A stretch of 64,000 bases of DNA from an uncultured delta proteobacterium (GTDB lineage Bacteria; Myxococcota_A; Polyangia; Haliangiales; Haliangiaceae): positions 192,001-256,000 of the forward strand of contig CAWKDB010000004.1 of the NCBI GenBank assembly GCA_963848295.1, written 5' to 3'. Below the pieces are notes generated by a model. The model was not told where the DNA came from and did not search any database. It saw only the letters and a program-made list of their open reading frames with translations. Below are positions 58,783-64,000 of the stretch, one piece after another (positions within the stretch are counted from its first letter, which is position 1; every line of letters starts with the position of its first letter). The position numbers were made by a program, and so were the translations under genes.

Positions 58783-59931
58783 TCACATCATCGTGAGCGT
58801 GATGCCACCGTGGGCGAACGCGTCGCTCGGAGCCTCGTTCCACAGTTGTTCTTCGGGCTCGCCCGTCGACAGGCTGCCGAGACGATAGGTCTCGTAATCG
58901 ACGCCGAGCCCGATGCTGTCGACCTCGTACATCAGGGCACCCGACACCAGGTTGCACGCGTCGTAGGGCGCGGGCAGGTGTGGAACGCGCACGGCGGCGC
59001 CGATGTCGCGCGCCGAGGTGAAGTGATTGCAGGTGGGCGATCCAGTCGTGATCACGACGCCGTCGATCGCGATCGGCCCACCGCCATGCTCCGTCCAGCT
59101 CACGTCGTCGCCGCTCGTCGTGACCGCGTCGATCCACGGCATCAGGTTCGCGGCGAAGTCGCCGGTGCCGCTCGCGAACGGCACGCGCCGGGCAAACATC
59201 TGGCCGTGGGGCGAATCGTCGATCTGGAACTGCAGCGCGAGCTCGGCGCCGGGAATCACCGGCAGGTCGAACGTGTACGACGAGCCACCGATCGTGCCTT
59301 GCGCGATCACCCAGTCGCCGTCGAGCACCTGCGCGGACAGGAACGGATCCGTCGCGTCCGGGACGTTGATGGCCGACAGCGTGATCGGGCTCGGGACCAC
59401 GTAACTCGCGCCGGCGAGCGAGATCGCCGACGCGAGCGCGACGTCTCGGCTGAGAAACGACACGGTTGCGGTAGGGGTCTGCGCCTCGACGTAGAAGTCG
59501 GTGGCGCTCGCGCAGCCCGCCCCCGAGACCGCGACCGTCGTCGTTGCGCTCTCGCCATACGCGCACGGCGCGCGCACGATGTACTTGGTCGTACCCGGAT
59601 ACTCGGGGACGTCGATCGTCAGCTGAGACAACACCGGATCCGGATCCGGAAGCGTGATCGCGTATGCGTCACCCAGCTCGACGCCGGCGTACGTGTACAC
59701 GCTGGAGGGAAGCGCGCTGTCCGGTATGTAGACGCTGACGCTGCCGCCGGCCTCCATCGACGCTTGCGCAAGACCGTCGGCATCGGGGGCCATCGTCGCG
59801 ACCACGGAGTCGTCGGCAGCGAGAAACACGACGGCGGTGCTCGGCGGCGCGTGCTGGACGGTGACACTCACGATCCCGGTATCGGCACCGGTGCATGCAG
59901 CGGCAGACAACAGTAGTGGATAGATCCTCAT
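58783..59931 (-). CDS. Lipoprotein of unknown function
   Basis: Lipobox SAAAC; beta-rich body. Confidence 0.7.
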   Translation of the reverse strand: MRIYPLLLSAAACTGADTGIVSVTVQHAPPSTAVVFLAADDSVVATMAPDADGLAQASMEAGGSVSVYIPDSALPSSVYTYAGVELGDAYAITLPDPDPVLSQLTIDVPEYPGTTKYIVRAPCAYGESATTTVAVSGAGCASATDFYVEAQTPTATVSFLSRDVALASAISLAGASYVVPSPITLSAINVPDATDPFLSAQVLDGDWVIAQGTIGGSSYTFDLPVIPGAELALQFQIDDSPHGQMFARRVPFASGTGDFAANLMPWIDAVTTSGDDVSWTEHGGGPIAIDGVVITTGSPTCNHFTSARDIGAAVRVPHLPAPYDACNLVSGALMYEVDSIGLGVDYETYRLGSLSTGEPEEQLWNEAPSDAFAHGGITLTMM

Positions 59932-60142
59932 GCGAAGACGCTACCAGCGACGCTCCGTGATCACTGCATCGCGATCGCGACACGAGCTCACAACAGATGG
60001 CGCGACGCGATCGCGAAGCCTCAACGACAAGACGTAAGAAACAATTTTTCCTCCCGACCGGAGTCTCGGCATCTAACGTAGGGCATGAGCCTGGCCGCCG
60101 CTCGCGCCGTTGGGATCGTCCAACCAAGCTTCGGCCAGCGCC

Positions 60143-60757
60143 TCACGGTTGGCGTTGGTAGCCGACCACCGACGTGACTCCATCGCCGAGCTGCGTGGAG
60201 ATGACGATCTCGGTCGGGCTCGAGAACATGCTGTAGCCCACGCTCAGCGTCGCGGCCGCCGGGCAGGTGCGCGTGAGCTGCAGCGTCGGCGAGGTATTGA
60301 CCACGCTGAACGTCTCGTTGATCAGCGGCGCGTCCCCCGGGGGCCGACGCGCCCATTGCCAGGTGGAGCCATCGATCGCGATGGCCTCGCCATCGCCGGC
60401 TCCGAACAAGGTGACCGACGACCCATCGGGTCCGGTGAAATTGTTGCGCACCACGGCGACGTAGCGGCCATCGGGGATCGTGCCGCCGGTGGCAAACAGC
60501 GGGTTGTCGTCGATCTGCAAGATGTCGAGGTTGGGGCCGGGGACCACCGCGTTGCAGCCGCCGGCATCGGGCGGCGACACCGTGGCGTCGGCCGGCGATG
60601 CCGCAGTGTCTGCGCCTCCGAGCATGGCGTCGACCAGGCCGATCGCGGCGTCGCCCGTGCGGATCGTCGCGTCTGCTGCGAGTCCCGAGTCGTGACACGA
60701 CGCGACGCTGATGACGACGGTCGTGCCGATCACGGCGAGAAGCGTGAGGCGACGCAT
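60143..60757 (-). CDS. Lipoprotein of unknown function
   Basis: MRRLTLLAVIGTTVVISVASC; DA-rich linker; GGTIPDGRY. Confidence 0.65.
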   Translation of the reverse strand: MRRLTLLAVIGTTVVISVASCHDSGLAADATIRTGDAAIGLVDAMLGGADTAASPADATVSPPDAGGCNAVVPGPNLDILQIDDNPLFATGGTIPDGRYVAVVRNNFTGPDGSSVTLFGAGDGEAIAIDGSTWQWARRPPGDAPLINETFSVVNTSPTLQLTRTCPAAATLSVGYSMFSSPTEIVISTQLGDGVTSVVGYQRQP

Positions 60758-60856
60758 GCCCGAGCAAGACGCGGAATCGCATCCGTCGCAAGGTTTCGCT
60801 GACCGATGTCCGATCGTATTCGTGCATGGCGCGGGGCTCGTGCGTAGAGATCGAGC

Positions 60857-62077
60857 ATGGCGCAACGAAGCTACGTGGCACTGACGATGGCCTTGCTCGG
60901 CTGCAGCTGCGCCGGACCCGCGCCGGCGACGAAACCGCTGCGCGTTGCGGGTGCGGATTGCCGCGCGATCACGACGGTGGCCGATGTCGAGCGCTGCTAC
61001 GTCGTCACGACGAACGCGGGCGCGCTTGCCGTGGTGACGCCGCGGGTCGCCGACCTCGTCCGCAAGGCGTGCGACGACGGCGTCGCGGCCGGGTGCATGG
61101 TACTCGGCACGTTCTACGATCGCGGCGCCGGTGTCGCGATCGATCGCGAGCGAGCCGCGCAGCTCTATGCGAAGGCGTGCGACCAGCGCTCGAGCTATGC
61201 GTGCCACAACCTCGGTGACATGTACGACAAGGGCGATGGGCGCCCGATGGACCACGCCGCGGCGAGAGGGCTGTTCGGGCGAGCGTGCGATAATGGCTTT
61301 GCAGGCGATTGCTTCGATCTCGGATACGCCTACCAGACCGGCACGAACGTCGAGGCCGATCCGCTCCGCGCCGTCGCGTTGTACGAGAAAGCATGCGAGG
61401 GCGGGTGGGCGGCCGGGTGCACGAACCTGGGGATCATGTACGAGACCGGCAGCGCCATCGCGAAAGACGCGCGCCGCGCGGCCGCGCTCTATGCGAAGGG
61501 CTGCGATCGCGGCAATGCGACGAGCTGCAACAATCTCGGTGCGATGACCGAGCACGGCACCGCGATCCCGGCCGACGCCGCGCACGCGCTCGCGCTGTAC
61601 GAACGCGCATGCGCCGCGCACTTCGAGGTCGCATGCGCAAACGCCGCGCTGTTGTACGAGCGAGACGAATCGACGACGACCAAGGGCATCGCCCTGCACG
61701 AACAAGCGTGCGAGTCCGGTTACGGCAAGGCCTGTTACGACCTCGCCCTGCTCGTCGATCGCCGCAACGGTCCGAACGACGGACCGCGCGCCGTCGCGCT
61801 CTATACCCGATCGTGCAAGCTCGGCACGGCGACCGGATGCCACAATCTCGCGGTGATGTACATGACCGCCGACCGGGTCGCCAAGGATGAAGCCCGGGCG
61901 CTCGAACTGTTCACCCAGGCCTGTGACACCGGGCTCGCGACCTCGTGCTCGAACCTCGGCGTCATGTTCCACAACGGGACCGGCGTTGCGGTGGACAAGG
62001 CGCGGGCGACCGAGCTGTTTCGCCGGGCGTGCAACGGCGGCGACGAGGACGCGTGCCGCAATTTGGCGGTGAAATAA
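60857..62077 (+). CDS. Sel1-like (cysteine-rich Hcp-type) repeat protein
   Basis: ~9 repeats of KAC..G...C.NLG.MY..G.G...D..RA..LY. Confidence 0.92.
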   Translation: MAQRSYVALTMALLGCSCAGPAPATKPLRVAGADCRAITTVADVERCYVVTTNAGALAVVTPRVADLVRKACDDGVAAGCMVLGTFYDRGAGVAIDRERAAQLYAKACDQRSSYACHNLGDMYDKGDGRPMDHAAARGLFGRACDNGFAGDCFDLGYAYQTGTNVEADPLRAVALYEKACEGGWAAGCTNLGIMYETGSAIAKDARRAAALYAKGCDRGNATSCNNLGAMTEHGTAIPADAAHALALYERACAAHFEVACANAALLYERDESTTTKGIALHEQACESGYGKACYDLALLVDRRNGPNDGPRAVALYTRSCKLGTATGCHNLAVMYMTADRVAKDEARALELFTQACDTGLATSCSNLGVMFHNGTGVAVDKARATELFRRACNGGDEDACRNLAVK

Positions 62078-62171
62078 CAGCGGTGAAGCCGTCGCTGCGG
62101 TCTGGCGTCAGATCGGCCAGTCGACCGTCAGCGGGTTGACGCGTCTTCCAGGCGCGGGCTCGAGGGCGCGG

Positions 62172-62909
62172 TCATGCCGCGCCCGACTCGCCGAGCGCCG
62201 TTCGCCCGGCGTTATCCGCGAGCGCGAGCAACCGGGCGGTGGAGTCGGCGAGTGCGGCCTGCCGCCGACCCGCAGCGCTCGCTCGACTCCGTCGCTGGAT
62301 GAAGAACGCCGCGGCCCCCGCAACGACGAGCGGGCCGGCCACGATCGCCGCAGCGCGCGTGCTGCCCTCCGTCGCCACGATGCCGATGCCCGCGAGACAG
62401 GGCACGACCCAGGCCAGCGCCGCGATCGCCGGGTTCGCGAACCAGCTGAACCGCGCCATCCCGATCTCGATCTCGATCGCCACCACCTCGACGATGGCCT
62501 TGTTGATCGCCCGGGCGCACCTCCAGACGCGCTCGTCGCGATTTCCGGTGAGCGCCTCGTAACGATCCTGTGCGCGCTGGAGGAGCGAGTCACCGCTCGG
62601 GTTCTGCAGGCAGTAGTCGAGGAACGCGCGGTGCGCCGCCGGCACCTCCCACTCGGCGACCACGCTGCGCCACAGCTCGTCAAACCGCACGGCGACCGCG
62701 GGGTTGAACAGCTTGAGCAGATCGAGGTCGGGTCGCTCGATGTCCGTGCAGGTTTCCTTGTACCGCGCGGCCGAGACATCGACGACGAGCGGCGCCGGGC
62801 CGGCCGCGGGCGTGGCGAGCACCGCGCCGCAGAACGAGCACTTCTCGATCGAGGCACCCGCAGGCAATAGCGCGCCGCAGTTCGGGCACCGGAGCGGCTC
62901 GAGCGTCAC
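62172..62909 (-). CDS. Zinc-ribbon membrane protein
   Basis: CPNCG..CSFCG at the N-terminus; two C-terminal TM segments. Confidence 0.6.
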   Translation of the reverse strand: MTLEPLRCPNCGALLPAGASIEKCSFCGAVLATPAAGPAPLVVDVSAARYKETCTDIERPDLDLLKLFNPAVAVRFDELWRSVVAEWEVPAAHRAFLDYCLQNPSGDSLLQRAQDRYEALTGNRDERVWRCARAINKAIVEVVAIEIEIGMARFSWFANPAIAALAWVVPCLAGIGIVATEGSTRAAAIVAGPLVVAGAAAFFIQRRSRASAAGRRQAALADSTARLLALADNAGRTALGESGAA

Positions 62910-62931
62910 GTCGCCACCAGATCGCGGCAGC

Positions 62932-63744
62932 TCATGGACAGGCCTCCTGCGTGGCGTAGAGCGTGGCGACCTCGGCCGGCGCGAGGGCGACGTTCCACAC
63001 CGCGAGCTCGTCGACCGCGCCTGCGTAGTAGGCCGGATAGCTCGGGCGCGCTCCTACGGTGAGCGTCGAGCTGACATTCGAATCCGCCGGACCCGGCAGC
63101 GTCTGGCTCGAGTCCTGGACCTGCCCGTCGATGTACAACACCGACGTGCTCGACAGCCCGTTCTCGAACACCGCTACGACTTGTACCCACGTGTTCGCAA
63201 GTCCTGCCGCGGCAACGCCCCATAGATCGCCGTTCCCGGTGTTGAAGCCGAACGCTGGGTTCGGATCGCCATAGCCCACGTACGAGAGGTGGTACTCGGG
63301 CGAGTCGAACACGATCAGATCGGTCCAGTTCCCGACATTGTTCGCGTAGAGCGCACCGTTCCAGCGCATCCAGAACCCGATCGAGACCGCGTCGCCTTGG
63401 GCCGTGTCGATGTCAGGCATGTTAACCAGCAGGTAGTCGTCGATCCCGTCGAACGTGATCGCCTGGCCGACCTTACCTCCCACGTAAGCCATTCCGTCTT
63501 CGTTGGCGTTCGCCGCCATCCCATTGTCGCCGACCACGGCGGGAACCTGCGCGCCATCACCGATCGCACCGGCACCATCGAACGGCTCGTACTCGATCAA
63601 GCTCGACCACCGAGGCGTCCAGCTCGCGTCGAGCGCGAGGCACGTGTCGACCGTATCGGCCGACCCGGCTCGGGAGATCACGCCGAAATCGACCCTCCCG
63701 CAGCCGAGCCCCAGCACGACGAGCGCCGACAAGCTCAGCCGCAT
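62932..63744 (-). CDS. LamG-like domain lipoprotein
   Basis: LGLGCGRVDFG; GKVGQAITFDGIDDY, WVQVVAVF, LYIDG, GAVDELAVWN.AL..EV..LY. Confidence 0.85.
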   Translation of the reverse strand: MRLSLSALVVLGLGCGRVDFGVISRAGSADTVDTCLALDASWTPRWSSLIEYEPFDGAGAIGDGAQVPAVVGDNGMAANANEDGMAYVGGKVGQAITFDGIDDYLLVNMPDIDTAQGDAVSIGFWMRWNGALYANNVGNWTDLIVFDSPEYHLSYVGYGDPNPAFGFNTGNGDLWGVAAAGLANTWVQVVAVFENGLSSTSVLYIDGQVQDSSQTLPGPADSNVSSTLTVGARPSYPAYYAGAVDELAVWNVALAPAEVATLYATQEACP

Positions 63745-63930
63745 GAGCCAGGATAACATGGACGACCGAGCAGGAACGCGACGACATCGCTCGCCGCTAC
63801 GGGCAGACCGCGAACAGGATGCCAGCCGCGTTGTCGTCGAGCACGCGACCACGGCTGCGCACCTGCGGTGACTCGCGCGGAGTGCCGAACGAGCCGACGG
63901 CCGTGAGCAGCATGGTGAGCCAGCCTCGGG

Positions 63931-64000
63931 TCAGGCCCCCGGGAGCTCGCGCGCGGTCGGCTCGTACGTGATGTCGATCGATCGGCGGACCCAGGTCGAA
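63931..64000 (-). CDS. Possible 3' end of a CDS running off the window
   Basis: STWVRRSIDITYEPTARELPGA-TGA; too short to assign. Confidence 0.3.
   Translation of the reverse strand, partial: STWVRRSIDITYEPTARELPGA

Overview
GC-rich bacterial chromosomal segment, almost certainly Myxococcota (Kofleriaceae/Haliangiales-like, inferred from a MYXO-CTERM tail, myxobacterial Cys-rich repeats, multiple Ser/Thr kinases and the mfd-PPIase-surA cluster). About 50 genes. The left half is mostly core and signalling genes: tex, mgtC-like, ribF, M36-like protease, a dual-kinase protein, a STAND-type regulator, PilZ, surA, mfd. The right half is accessory: lipoproteins, kelch/RCC1/Sel1/LamG repeat proteins, esterase, QueG-like Fe-S protein, rhomboid, P450, GH99-like hydrolase, two-component genes. 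I saw no rRNA, tRNA, CRISPR array or mobile element. About ten single-base frameshifts suggest long-read indel errors, and they create two false fusion ORFs (1471 aa and 748 aa). Top finding: a 117-codon gene (41677-42030) missed by the ORF track reads through an in-frame UGA followed by a bacterial SECIS-like hairpin, making it a candidate novel selenoprotein (C-x7-U plus a C-terminal zinc ribbon) transcribed divergently from a rhomboid protease. Also notable: pervasive leaderless-type TAnnnT promoters, a duplicated 30-bp TTGACA/operator-like element, an internally deleted udk remnant, a catalytically degenerate sulfatase and an orphan DUF2063-like gene next to the P450. Family calls come from motif recognition only; no searches were run.
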